This document shows, in pieces, positions 38,421-51,654 of a DNA stretch of 64,000 bases (within the stretch, counting starts at the first letter, position 1; each line of letters opens with the position of its first letter). The notes beneath the pieces were generated by a model. The model saw only the letters and a list, made by a program, of their open reading frames with translations. It had not been told where the DNA came from and ran no database searches. A program made the translations under genes and the position numbers. This stretch comes from Octopus bimaculoides (Eukaryota): assembly GCF_001194135.2 (NCBI RefSeq), contig NC_068988.1, positions 82,336,599 to 82,400,598 of the forward strand. The letters run 5' to 3'.

Positions 38421-39132
38421 TTTTTTGGTCCCCGCAAGATCACAGATAGAACCTGCTTTTTATATTGTGTCCACATACAAGCATTTCACGTCTTACATAT
38501 ATATTTTTATATTTTTACATATTTTTATATATATTTTTTATATATTTTATTGTTTTATATATTTCTATATATTTTTTCTGTACATTACCTTTCACTCTGC
38601 ACTTTTGTGCATGTGCATATACGGATGTGTATATGAACATAACTGTGCACTTATGACTGTTATTAAGACAAACAAAAGAGCTATGAGAATGACCGTTAAA
38701 TAATGGGAAATTACCCAAATAGGGAGAAAGTAAAAATACTCAAAGGTAAACCCATGCTCATAGAATCCACGTATATATGTGTGTGTGTGCGTGTGTGCAG
38801 GTATGTATATGTGTACATGTGTATGGATGCATATATATGTATACATATAGGTGTGTCTGTGGGTATGCATGCATGTGTTTCACACAAGTGTGAGTGAGCA
38901 TGTGCATATATACACATGCACGTTGGTGTGTGTGCATGCATGTGCATGTATGTACATGCATGCATACATGGATTCTATGAGCATGGGTTTACCTTCTTCA
39001 AGTATTTTTACTTTCTCCTTATTCGGGTAATTTCCCTTTCATTCTCATAGCTCTTGTTTATCTTAATAAAAGTCATCTTCATAGTAATTTCCCTTTATAT
39101 AACGGTCATTTTCATGGCATTTTTGTTTGACT

Positions 39133-39196
39133 TAATAAACTGATGAAATGCCAAAGTAGACTTCTGCACCAACATCTGAAACTCTGAGTTTTATTA
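39133..39196 (+). ncRNA. Degenerate hammerhead-ribozyme-like motif downstream of the Penelope element
   Basis: taataaa-CTGATGA-(31 nt)-GAAA-ctc-t-gag-T-t-ttatta; palindromic stem III ACTCTGAGT; stem I complementarity with a one-base register irregularity. Confidence 0.45.
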
Positions 39197-39309
39197 TGGC
39201 AACCGACTAATTGTCACATATTATATTATAGATAAATTCCTCTATTTACATAATATCAAGGTCTCATTCATTCTTTTGTTGTTATATTATTATTATTAAT
39301 ATATATATA

Positions 39310-42240
39310 TACGTAACAGTGGTGGAGTAGGAGGTGTAGGCATACTCCTTGCAGAGAAATGGGTGGTTACAGTCAAAGCAGTAGTCAGGGTATGTGATAG
39401 AGTGCTTAAGCTCAGACTAGTCTTGCAGAATAGTACAGCTACAATTATCTCCACCTACACCCCACAAGCGGGCCTCCTGAATGATCAGAAGGACCACTTT
39501 TATGATACCCTTCTACAGGCTACCTCAAAGATGAGTAGCAATGACCTCATCTTTGCGGCTGAAGATTTTAATGGGCATGTCAGACAGTGAACTGGTATCT
39601 TCCATGGTGTTCACGGGGGCCATAGAATTGGTTCCTGAAATGAAGAGGGAACTAAGCTACTGGAGTTCTGTGATGCAAGCAGCCTATTAATCTGCAACAC
39701 CAACTTCAGGAAGCCAGACAGCCACCTGATAAACTATCAATCGGGCATCTCTGCTAACCAGATTGATTTCATCCTCACCAGACAGTGAGATGCAAGGTTG
39801 CTCTTAAATACAAAGACCCTCCTGGTGAAGAATGTACCCCCCAGCATAGACTAGTCATTAGTGACTTTAAACACGAGTTCAGAAGAATGCCAAGAAGCAG
39901 CCCAATCCAGAAAAGAAGGATTTGGAAGCTAAAGAACCCTTCGCATGGTCAGAGATTTAGGGACATTCCCATTGAGAAATTTGATAAGAGGGAGGGGGAG
40001 CTACAGACGTAGGACATAGAGTGTAACTGGAAATTTCTAAAGGACAGCTTACTGACTGCCACAGACCAAATCTGTGGCTGGTGCAAAGTTCCTTCTAGAC
40101 CTAGGGTAATGTGGTGGTGGAATAATACGGTAGACAAGGCCATTAGAGCAAAGAAAGAGGTCTGGAAAACCTGGAAAGGTGATGCTTTAGATAGAAATAA
40201 TTACAGGGGTATCAAACTGCTGGATCAGGTGATGAAGGTCATGGAGAGGTTCATAGTCCAACTAATTAAGGAGAGAGTCTGCTTAGATGAGATGCCATTC
40301 AGTTTTGTACCAAGTAGAAACACCACTGATGCCATATTCCTGGTAAGGCAACTGCAGGAGAAACACCTAGCCAAAGATAAACCTCTGTACTTGGCTTTCG
40401 TTGACATGGAGAAAGCCTTTGACAGGGTTCCCCGATCCCTTATCTGGTGGTCAATGAGGAAACTCGAGATAGATGAGTGGTTAATAAGAGCTGTACAGGC
40501 CTTGTACAGGTATGCTGCCAGTAAGGTAAGGGTCAGCAATGAATATAGTGGAGAATTTCAGGTAGAAGTAGGGGTTCACCAAAGATCAATCCTCAGCCCC
40601 TTCTTATTCATCATAGTCCTCCAGGCAATAACAGAGGAATTCAAGACAGGCTGCTCCTGGAAGCTCCACTTTGCTGATGACTTTGCTCTCATAGCTAAAT
40701 CACTACCAGAACAAGAAAAGAAATTTCAGGTGTGGAAGTAAGGTTTAGAATCGAAGGGCATTAGCATCAGTATTGCAAAAACCAAAGTCCTAGTTAGTCG
40801 GATAGTGAACACATCACAAATCCCTTCAGGTAGATGGCCCTGCTTGATCTGTAGAAAAGGTGTAGGTAGAAATTCCATAAGATGTACCCAGTGTAAGCTA
40901 TGGACACATAATTGGTGCAACAACATCAAGGGAAGGTTAACTGGAAAGATAGCTTTTGTGTGTGGTAGATGCACAGGGGCAATAAACACCAAAGATGCTC
41001 AAAAACCAGATTCTATCACATGCCAGGTGAAGAAACTAGAAGTAGTTGATGGCTTCCACTACCTAGGTGATTAAGTCTGTAGTGAGGGTGGATGCTCGGA
41101 GAGCATTGCCACTAGAATAAGAATAGCCTGGGCAAAGTTCTGAAAGCTCCTACCTTTATGGGTGACAAAGAGCCTCTCACTCAGAGTGAAAGGTAGATTG
41201 TATGATGCATGTGTGCGAACAGCCATTCTACACATCAGTGAAACATGGGCCATGACTGTTGAGGACATATGTAGGCTTGAAAGAAATGAAGTTAGTATCA
41301 TCCACTCGATGTGTAATGTCAGTGTGCACACACAACAGAGTGTAAGTGCCCTGAGAGAAATGTTGGACATAAGAAGCATCAGATGTGGTGTGCAGGAGAG
41401 ACAACTGCACAGGTATAGTCATGTGCTATGTATGGATGAGGAGAGCTGTGTGAAGAAGTGTCACACCCTAACAGTGGAAGGAACCCGTGGAAGAGGGAGA
41501 CCCAGGAAGACATGGGATGAGGTGGTGAAGCACGACCTTCGAACACTGGGCCTCACAGAGGCAATGACAAAAGACCGATACCTCTGGAGATATGTTGTGA
41601 TTGAAAAGACCCAGCAAGTAAAGTGAGATCACAGCCATAGCCTACCCCAGTGTCACATAACCAGCCCATTTAAAAAGTACCTTTGAATCATCAGGCAACA
41701 CACTGTGCTTGAGGAGACCTATTGAATCAAGTAAAATCAAAAATCAAAAATCAAAAATCAAAATCAAAATAACAATCAGAATCTCCATCAAATCAAAATC
41801 AAAAATGGAAATTGCAGTTGTGACTGATGCCAGTGCCGCCTGACTGGCTCCCATGATGTTGGCACGCAATAAGCACCATTCATGCGTGGGTCACTGCCAT
41901 TGCTGCCTGACTGGCTCTCCATGCTGGTGGCATGTAAAAAGCATTATCTGAACCTTGTCGATGCCAGCCACCCCCATCCTGACTGGCTCCTGTGCCAGTA
42001 GCATGTAAAAGGCACCATCCAAACATGGCCAATACCAGTGCCACCTGACTGGCTCCCGTGCTGGTGGCATGTAAAAATCACCCACTACACTCTCAGAGTG
42101 GTTGGTTTAGGAAGGGCATCCAGCTGTAGAAACATTGCCAGATCAGATTGGAGCCTGGTGCAGTCTCCTTGCTTGCCAGTCCCCTGTCAAACCATCCAAT
42201 CCATGCCAGCATGGAAAACAGACATTAAACGATGATGATT
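39310..42240 (+). mobile_element. RTE LINE (APE endonuclease, RT, 3' UTR with (AAAATC)n), carrying an internal deletion
   Basis: GVGILLAEKWV, DFNGHV, 210-aa RT ORF 40109-40741 (LAFVDMEKAFDRV, FADD), tail ends in (GAT)n. Confidence 0.93.
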
Positions 42241-42271
<31 letters not shown>

Positions 42272-43009
42272 ACATATATATACATTGGCACATATATATA
42301 TATATGGGTGGGTAAAAGGGGTCCACATAGTCACTGGACACTGGTTGGCTGAGCAACATACTGGGCTAAAACTTCCAAAGAGTGATGCAAATCCCAAGTC
42401 CTACTTCGACCTCCTCATAGTACCACCAACAAGAGAAGACAACTGTGGGTGTCTGGCATAGTATAACCAGGACACTCTGAGTGGATGGGGCTCATTAGCC
42501 ATGATCGGCAGCCTGTCTAGGAGGACACTCCAATATAAACCCTACAACACAAAGACCTCTCTGTTATCCTTCCAGCTTGCTGGGCCATGCCAGATAAACT
42601 CTAAGTGTAAAGGGTGAGGCTAGTTCTGTACAGACTGCACTTTACCTTAAAATTCCATCATGCAGGGCGAAGGATATGCCACAAATGAGCATGCAGACGA
42701 CACGGACAATGGCCTTCTTACTCTTCGTCAGTTAAGCCAAGCCAAGATATATATATATATATATATATATAAAATAATAAGGGTGAAAAATTGAATATTA
42801 TTCTGATTAATATCAATTTAAAACCAGTGGTCTAGCATATAGAAAAATCTGAAGATTCAGAAAAACTGTATTACATACATGTAAGAGGGATAACCACTAA
42901 GTGGATATCCATATGCTAGAAGTCGACCCCTATGGTCTTACCACTAAGAAAATGGTAAGACCATAGGGGGTCAACTTCTAGCATATGAATGTCCTCTTAG
43001 TGGTCATCC

Positions 43010-43060
<51 letters not shown>

Positions 43061-45071
43061 TAAAGGGTATAGTGAATGGTGAAGGTAAATCCATACTACA
43101 TATGTTTCTCAAGCCAATCTGGACATGTTTTACATAACTCAAAGGTGTAACACAAACACACACACACATATTTTTGTCTTCAGTCATATGTCATTGTCAC
43201 AAGGAGAAATAGGTTAAAAGAATGAAACAAAAAATGTATATTTTTTGTTTTATTCTTTTTATCTGTCAATCTGGTGCCCTAATTCCAATTTAATTGCCTT
43301 ATTTATGATAGATCTTACTTCCTTTGTTCTCTCCACCCATCTTACTCCAATGTCTATATTCTTTCTCCCTTAATAAACTGGCTTCTTTAAACACACCCTT
43401 TCACCTCAAATGTTGTTTGCCTGCTAATATTGAATTTTATTTGACTTATCTGTTTCCACCTACCATTCTGCTGTGCCCTAGATTAATGGATTCTTCTCAT
43501 CTCCCTTTGCAACAATGACTTACAACTACAAGTAATTCACCCTGAAGAAAAGCTAAGTTGTGCACATATATGTGTTACATTTTTGAGTTAATTAAAACAT
43601 ATTCAGATTGGCTTGGAAACATATCTGCCACATATTTACCTTCTCCATTCCCTACACCCTTTAAATTATAATTGCATTGTAAGCAATATTCGTTGCTAAA
43701 TTGTGAGTTGTACAGTCATCTTATTGAAACCTTCATCGCCATCATTTTATCAAAACCCACAGCAAATGGATGTATAAACAAAACACATACATTCACCATC
43801 TTGATGATGATGGTGATGATGATGATAGCACACTTATGGTTGTGATGCATGTGCCTGGCGTACCCTTATCAGATGGGTAGTCATAATGGGTATACTGGAC
43901 TTCGTATATTTTACCCTGGTGTAACTTTGATGGCATGCTCTGCTCTCACACTCAATAATAATAATAATGATGTCCTGGTACAATATCAAACACTGGTTCC
44001 CATGGCTTCTCATCTTAATTGATTGGAAGTGTTAGAATATATATGTTTTGTTTTGGTATAAAAGATGGGCTACAGCAAATATTTTGCTCAATACCACAGA
44101 TTTGCTTGACCCTAACCAGTTAAGTATGTCCCTTAGTGGCTGACGATATGTGCATCTCTGATCCTGAACAGAAGTAGTGGGGGAGCACTATAGCCATGTG
44201 TTGAGACAAATTCTTTGGGGTTTGAATAATTCACCTCTAGAAACATAGGTGTTTCATTCAACATTCTTAAACAACCCTTATTCAGGGACCTTTTGAGCAG
44301 GATGGGCTACTCAACCATAAAAAAATTCTAACAGGGCCCCCACTCACAAGGTCATGGACTGTTTATTTTGATATGAGATCACTATGTCTGCACATTTAGT
44401 TGTGATGCCAAGTGTCATTTTGTTGGTATGCTCTGCTCTTTCTCTCAATAATAATGACAATTACTATTATAATAATAATTGTTATTATTATCGTTGTTAT
44501 TATCATTATTATTATTATTATTGAATGAGAGAGCTGCCCACACCATCAAAGTGAACCTGAAGACCAATATAATCTCATCATGACTATCTATCTGATAATA
44601 GTATGCCAGGTACATGAATCACCACTACATGTGCACAACAAGATGTCCTCATATCAAAATGAATAATGCATGACCTTGCAGGTGGGAATCAGAATTTTCT
44701 TCAGGTCAAATAACCCACCCCACTCAAAAGGTCCCTGAATAAGTGTTGTTTAAGGAGGATAAACAAAGTGCCCATTATTATTACTATTATTAATGATATG
44801 TGATTCTAGCATAGGTAAAAGGCCTGAAATTTGGATTAGGGATGGGATTAGTTGATACTGTCTGCTCCAGTACTTGAATAGAACTTTATTTCATCGACCC
44901 TGAAATGATAAAAATGTATCTAATTATTGTGATGAAATAATAAATGAAAGGTTTCAATGATCCCTAAACCAGTCTAAACTTCCAGATTTTGTAATGTTAA
45001 ACAGATAAATGAAGGAATTCCTCTGATCGTTCTGCTAGCTTATGACAAGCATTGAAAAATATGGCACCTCT

Positions 45072-45103
<32 letters not shown>

Positions 45104-45419
45104 TTTAAAGTTCACTTTACCATGCTTGCATCAGCTGGACAGAGTTTATTGAGGCAGATTTTTAATGGCCAGATGCCCTTCCTGTTGGCAACTCTCACCC
45201 ATTTCTTAAAGATAATATTTCCCCATGACCAGAAAAGTTTTTGTAGAATACTGGAAATGAATGACAATGTTTGTATAACAGTAACAATCATCTTACAACT
45301 ATCACACAATATCACAGAATGTCAAGACAAGAAGCAATAAACATACACACATTCACACGTACATACATACACACATATATACACACACATACATATGTAT
45401 ACTTTCACATTTACACATA

Positions 45420-45507
<88 letters not shown>

Positions 45508-45509
<2 letters not shown>

Positions 45510-46426
45510 TAGGATGCGATGGGTAAATTGTCGCCATCTTATATTTTTAATTTCATGCTTGCATATTGTTTGTTTTTGATTTTGTTGACTACACAGTATA
45601 TTAAGGTAAGTTGGGTACTGTCTGTGACAAAAACAGCACCATGATGCAATTCACTCTGCCAGATATTTGGAAATGACATGCATTCATGCCAGAGCTCCAA
45701 ATACGAACATTTCAGAGTGTTTGGGTGTCAATCTGAGGACAGTGCAATCTGAGGACAGTGCAATCTGAGGACAGTGCAATCTGAGGACAGTGCAATCTGA
45801 GGACATTGCAATCTGAGGACAGTGCAATCTGAGGACAGTGCAATCTGAGGACAGTGCAATCTGAGGACAGTGCAATCTGAGGACATGTTCTGAGAATGAT
45901 AAAAATCAAGCATCCATTCAACATCATGGTGTTTAGAGTGATCACTAGTAATGGTGACATAATGCCTCTATCCATCTTCCCATACACCCTTAGACTCAAC
46001 ACAGAGGCCCACATCAAGTGCCTGGAGGAGATAGTGTTGCCCTAGGTCAAGAGGGTGGCTGCTGGAAGACCCTATGTCTGGCAAAAGGACTCTGCCCCAT
46101 GCCACACAAGCAGAAGAACCCAATCATGGAAGTCAGACAATTTCTGCGACCACGTCACCCCTAACATCTGGCCACCTAACTCTCCAGACTGCAACCCCCT
46201 AGATTATTATGTGTGGGCTGCAGTTGAGCAAGAGACCAATGAAAATAACACTGACATCTCATTTTAACAGACATATTTACCTAAGTTGCATAAAAATACC
46301 TTGAAATAAAGAATAAATTTATTCAATAAAATCACCATTGGCTTCAACCACGGCTTCCAGATGACTTTGGAATCCTTGTAGCACCATCACCAACTTAAAC
46401 AAGGAGACCGTTCAGAAGAGTTGCAG
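45508..46426 (+). mobile_element. Rearranged Tc1-like copy of the 30185-31432 family
   Basis: Homologous 5' end and DDE region (YVWQKDSAPCHTS, WPPNSPDCNPLDYYVW); deletion, tandem array and inverted 3' segment. Confidence 0.88.
45729..45885. repeat. 16-bp tandem repeat caatctgaggacagtg, 9 full units plus 13 nt
   Basis: Direct reading; one unit carries a g>t variant. Confidence 0.97.
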
Positions 46427-49380
46427 TGTGTGTGTGTGTGTATGTGTGTGTGTGTGTGTGTGAAAAATTATGATAAATACAAGTTCAGATCATTTGTTAT
46501 CTACATACATTTCACCTTTGTAGTAGTTTGAAACAACACCCTTGGATGTTCCGAGTGCAACTGAATATTTAACCATAACGGATTGTCAGAGGATCATGTT
46601 ACAAACATTTAATCTCTGTAACATAATGCAATGAAGTGTTTCTTTAATGATCCATTTTGAGGATTAAGCATCTAATTGCACTGAGGACATCCAATGCTGT
46701 CATTCCAAACTGCCACATATACATTTGGTTTGTATATCATAACCAGTAATACAAGTAAGTATAGAAGTAACTTAAGCACTATACTGGAAGCAGTTGAATG
46801 GTCTACATGGAGCTCTAAAGTCAACAGTAGCAGTTGTATACACACACACACTCACACACATATGATGGGCTTCTTTCAGTTTCTATCTCCCAAATCCACT
46901 CACAAGGCTTTGATTGGCCCAAGTCTATAGTAAAAGATATTTGTCCAAGGTACCATGCAGTGGGACCGAACCCAGAACCATGTAGTTGAGATGCAAACTT
47001 CTTACCAAGCTGCCACACTTGTGGAGTTGTGCAAATTATGAACAGACAAGTCAAAATAACTGCAACATATTTGAACATGGTACAATCAGTCTAACACCTG
47101 AATTACATGGCCATTTCACTCTTACTCACCTGAAAATTTTGCCCCAGATATCACTTTTGTAAACTGTATATTGGTTTTCAGTCAAAAGTCTACAATCTAC
47201 TTCTACACATCTCTTAATTCTTTACTGATTCCTTCCAGCATTTTCTATCAAATTTCCCCTTCTTCTAAATTCCTATCTGCTCCCTTCTCTCACCTACTAT
47301 CTCACGACAGATCTTATGACTGACTTTAGGGAATTTATATTTTTGGCCCCTTATCATCAACATTCCTGATTTAATCTTTCGTTTTAAATATTTTCTTTTC
47401 ATTCATATTTTATTTATTTTGCTTTTTCTCCTCCTTTCCTGCATCACTTACACCTTCTTCTTGCAAGATCCCATTTCTTCATATACCATTACAAGAATTT
47501 TCTTTTTCCTCTCTACAATTAAGATCCATCTTCAACTGTTCTTCAGCTTCTGTAAAAAATAAATTAAAACGTTTGTGAAATAATAGCTTCTATTTGAAGA
47601 AATGCCAAGAATTGAAATTTTTATCTCAATATAAATTAAGAAAAATGCTTAGTATGTGTGTATGTGTGCATATGTGTGTGGATATTGGTGTATATGCATG
47701 TTTGTGTATATATATGCTTATATGTCTGAATGTATGTATTTCAATTAACATACTTTTAAAGGCCTGCCATAGTTTCCTGGCAGGTAGTGTTCAACTGGAT
47801 ATTAACCCCTGCTTGACAGTACCTATTTAAAAAGATTGCCAACAACCTCTAAAATTAACATCCATTCAGCTACCAGTATGAAAACTTGCTTCAGATTTTC
47901 TGATATAATCATGAAAATATAAATCTGGTACCTTGCTGTACTCAAGAAGACCCATCCTCCGCAGCAGAAGTGTTAATGCCTCTCCTCCTCTTGCTGAAGA
48001 AGACTGGACGTTCAACCTAAAAGCACCCATGCCAGTACCATGTACAAAGCACCCAGGACATTCTGTAAAGTGACTGGCATTAGGAAGGGCATCCAGAAGT
48101 AGAAACCAAGCCAAACCAGACTGGAACATGGTGCAGCTCTGATCAGCATGGAAAACAGATGCTAGAGGAGGATGACGATGATGATTATCATCATGGTCAT
48201 CATCATCATCATCATAAATTCCCCTATACTAGGTATCTTTTAAGTGAAATCGTGGCCATCCACTCACAGACACATGTACTCTCATGCACATTATCTGATC
48301 TCTGTCACCCCCCCCCCTGCATCTTCCCAACACCTGTTGCAGACTTCTCTCCTCCCTTCTCCCTTAGGTACCTCATCTGCTGAGGCCTTTCTACTCTCTC
48401 TCATGTGCCTATCCGCACACTCCCCATGCCTTCACCTCCCAGCCTTACCCACCTCCCAGCCTTTCCTGTTTCCCTCACCCTCACTTACTACAGTCATGTC
48501 TTCCCTATCTCCAAACATATCACCTCACACTCTTATGGAACATCCCCCTTCTATTCCCTCAATTCCACTTATATTCACTGCTCCACTGTTCCCTGTGGGT
48601 AGCTCCTAATATATCTCTAACACCATCTATTTCTCTCTATCTCTTTCACTCTGTCTGTCTCTTTACCTTTCTCTCTAACTCACCACCACATTCCTTCTCC
48701 TTCCTTGTCCAACTGGGGTAGTCAAGTATCTCTTTATAGTAAGATAACAATCTCTACCCTGTCACCTGGTCATACAGCCACTTCTCTTGGTTCCACTCCC
48801 TCTCTCATCTAAGAAGTATAGGTCTTGCAAGTTATTCAGCAACCCTACTGGTGCTGATGCCAAATAAAAAGTATCTGTGCCAGTGCTACATAAAATGTAG
48901 TTATGTTAGTGCCATGTAAAAAAGCACCTGTGCTTGTGCTATCTAAAAATCTAAAAAACATGCAGTACACTGTGAAGTAGTTGGCTTTAGGAAGGGCATC
49001 CTACTTTAGAAACCATGCCAAAACAGACAATTGGAGCCTGGTGCAGCACTCCAGTTTTCCAGCTCCTGTCAAACCATCCAACACATGCTAGCATGGAAAA
49101 TGGATGTTAGATGATGATGATGATCTTATGTACATAGACGTACCTTACATTTATATATCTTATGCATACATGTCTCATGCATACACATCTAACATATATA
49201 TAAAAATATAAATACAGATTTGTATTCCGACTGTAAATCATGACTTGTACCTATTATCATGAGTACATTAGTCTATATAAAGAGAGATTAACATTAAAGT
49301 TTGGATATGCTGGGCTTTTTCTAAGAAAGAGCAAAGTGAACTGATATATATCCAGCAAATCCAATCAATAAAGATGCTAC

Positions 49381-49497
49381 CTAAAATATCTGAACTCCAA
49401 ATTTCTTCCAATTTCTCCCTTTTCACTAACTTGTCCAGTTTGTCAATGAAAAGACATTTCAGCTGGTCTCATGTAGTGTTCTCAGACTCAAAAAATG
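49381..49497 (-). pseudogene. Exon-like block with one in-frame TGA (FFESENTT*DQLKCLFIDKLDKLVKREKLEEIWSSDIL), phase 1 to 1
   Basis: tctttaatccatcag|CA...TTAG|gtagca; 117 nt. Confidence 0.3.
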
Positions 49498-49699
49498 CTG
49501 ATGGATTAAAGATTAAAGAGACTTAAAAATAGCTTGCTTGTGCAAGTGCAGTCAACTGTAAGGTCCACGTACCGGATGCCAGTAGGCTTCAGGGATCATC
49601 AGGAGAGAACGTGCACCATTTCAGGGCCCTCTTAATCAACAGTTGCTTGTTATTTTGAGAAGATGTCATTTTATTTTTTACTAAATTTTGTCCTCTAAT

Positions 49700-50505
49700 A
49701 GTGGGCTCCACAAAACTGCACTGATTATATACCACTTAAAAAATCCTACCACTTTTGAAATCTGGCCTGGAAGTCGTTTTCCACGTGTGTGTCGGCATCT
49801 TCTGCAATTTGCTCTGGATCTCAACAACGGTGTTAAAACGGTGACCTTTGAGCTGCATTTTTATCTTGGGGAAGAGATGGAAGTCAGCAGGTGTTAAACC
49901 TGGCGAATAGGATGGGTGCAGAACCAATACTGTGCTGCTTTTAGCAAGAAACTCATGAGTGAGGAGAGCTCGGTGATAGGGTGCATGGTCGTTGTGAAGA
50001 ATCTAATTCTTTGCACTCCACAGATCCTGTTGGGTCACCATAGATCTCTTCATTAATGATCTGCCCCTGGGGGATGAATTCTCGATGCACAATACCACAA
50101 TTCCAGGTGCGACACTTGTGGCTGATCTTCCAGATTACTTGTTGTCTTCGAAAGATATTCTTCCACTTTTGAAGCACCTTGCCACTTGAAACAGTGTGTA
50201 CAACCCATTGCCTTGTCACCGTAAGCTTGTTGAAGCATGCTCAATGTCTCTGTAGCAGACTTCTCATGTTTAACGCAAAATTTCATGTTGGTGCTGTGTT
50301 CCTGTCCATGACAAAATTGCAGACTACAGCATATATGTGATCACAAAAACACAAATTTCACAACTTGCAAAGTAAACATAGCAATGTCACTCAGCACACT
50401 AGATTATGAGGGTCATTGCTAATGTTCACAACATACACAACTGTGTGCTGAGATTTACTAGCATGCTACAGAACTAGGCTTGGAACATTTTGATACCGCC
50501 TCATA
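49700..50505 (-). mobile_element. mariner (DD34D) element, internally deleted, one TIR visible
   Basis: KFCVK..KSATETL, GIVHREFIPQG, HPSYSPGLTPADFHLFPKIK; TIR tatgaggcggtatcaaaatgttcc at 50481-50505. Confidence 0.88.
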
Positions 50506-50529
50506 CGTTCTCTGTGTCTACGTATATCT

Positions 50530-50860
50530 TAGCATTGTCTCTATTTACATTGTATGTTTACATCTATTTTTATATTGTATCTCTTTACATATATCATTAC
50601 ATATTGTTTGCTTACATATATCATTAGTGTTCACATATATCTTTATATACTGTCTCTTTATATATATATTCTCTCTGCTTACATATATATTTACATTCTC
50701 TTTGTTTGCATATATTTTATTCCTCTCTGTTTACAAATATATTCACATTCTTTCTGTTTACATATATTGCTATATTCTCCCCATTTACATAATCTTAATA
50801 TTGTATCTATTTTCATATGTAAAGTCAACAAGCTTTTATATTTATTATGTAATAAAAACA
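50530..50860. repeat. Degenerate AT-rich tandem repeat (tttacatatat...tctctg units)
   Basis: Direct reading. Confidence 0.65.
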
Positions 50861-51623
50861 AGCTTTTATATTTATATATAATTTAAATTATCATAAAACC
50901 AAACTCTCTCAGTGTTATTAAAAATTTTTGTAAGTTGAATACTTTACATTTTTTTATTATAGTTTGCCATCAACACCTACACAATTCATAATGAACTGAC
51001 AAATTGTTCTCAACTCTGACATGACTTGCAATTTTAAGTATTAGCCTCTTCCTAAGACTAACCCTTTTATAAACTAAGTACAATATTTTACTAGCAAAGA
51101 TAGATATACTTTTTCCATTTCTTGACTAACCTTACAGACTGGTGCATTGCAGTAAAGTTGCTTGCATTTTACCCTTTGCACAGTTCTAATAGGGCTTAGC
51201 ACTCACACGCCAGCTCTAATATATGTCTATATGTATTTATATACATAAGTGGGTGAAATAAACATTAGAGATGCTTTGCCCCATGCAGAAACTGCAGGAG
51301 CTACTCAGAGATTTGCAAGCCTAAATCCATTGCAGTGTGTTTGTGTGTGTGTATATACATGAAGAGAGAGAGAGAGAATATCACTGCTTCTACTTATAAG
51401 TGAGTCATTGATTAACTTACTTCAACAAACAGCTTATCACCATTTTCACAAGGATTATCGAACTTGTAAAGGTACACTTTTTGTTAGAAGTTCTTTACAT
51501 GTTGTATTTTACAATATTTAGGTATTAGATTTATCCTTTTCAGTACCAGAGCCATAAAGTGACTAACTAATGGACAGAACAGAATGTTACATATGTATGC
51601 ATACATGCATGCATGCATGTTAC

Positions 51624-51654
<31 letters not shown>

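Noticed and set aside
45729-45885. CRISPR-like array
   Set aside because: Head-to-tail 16-mers with no spacers, derived from Tc1 sequence in a eukaryotic context.
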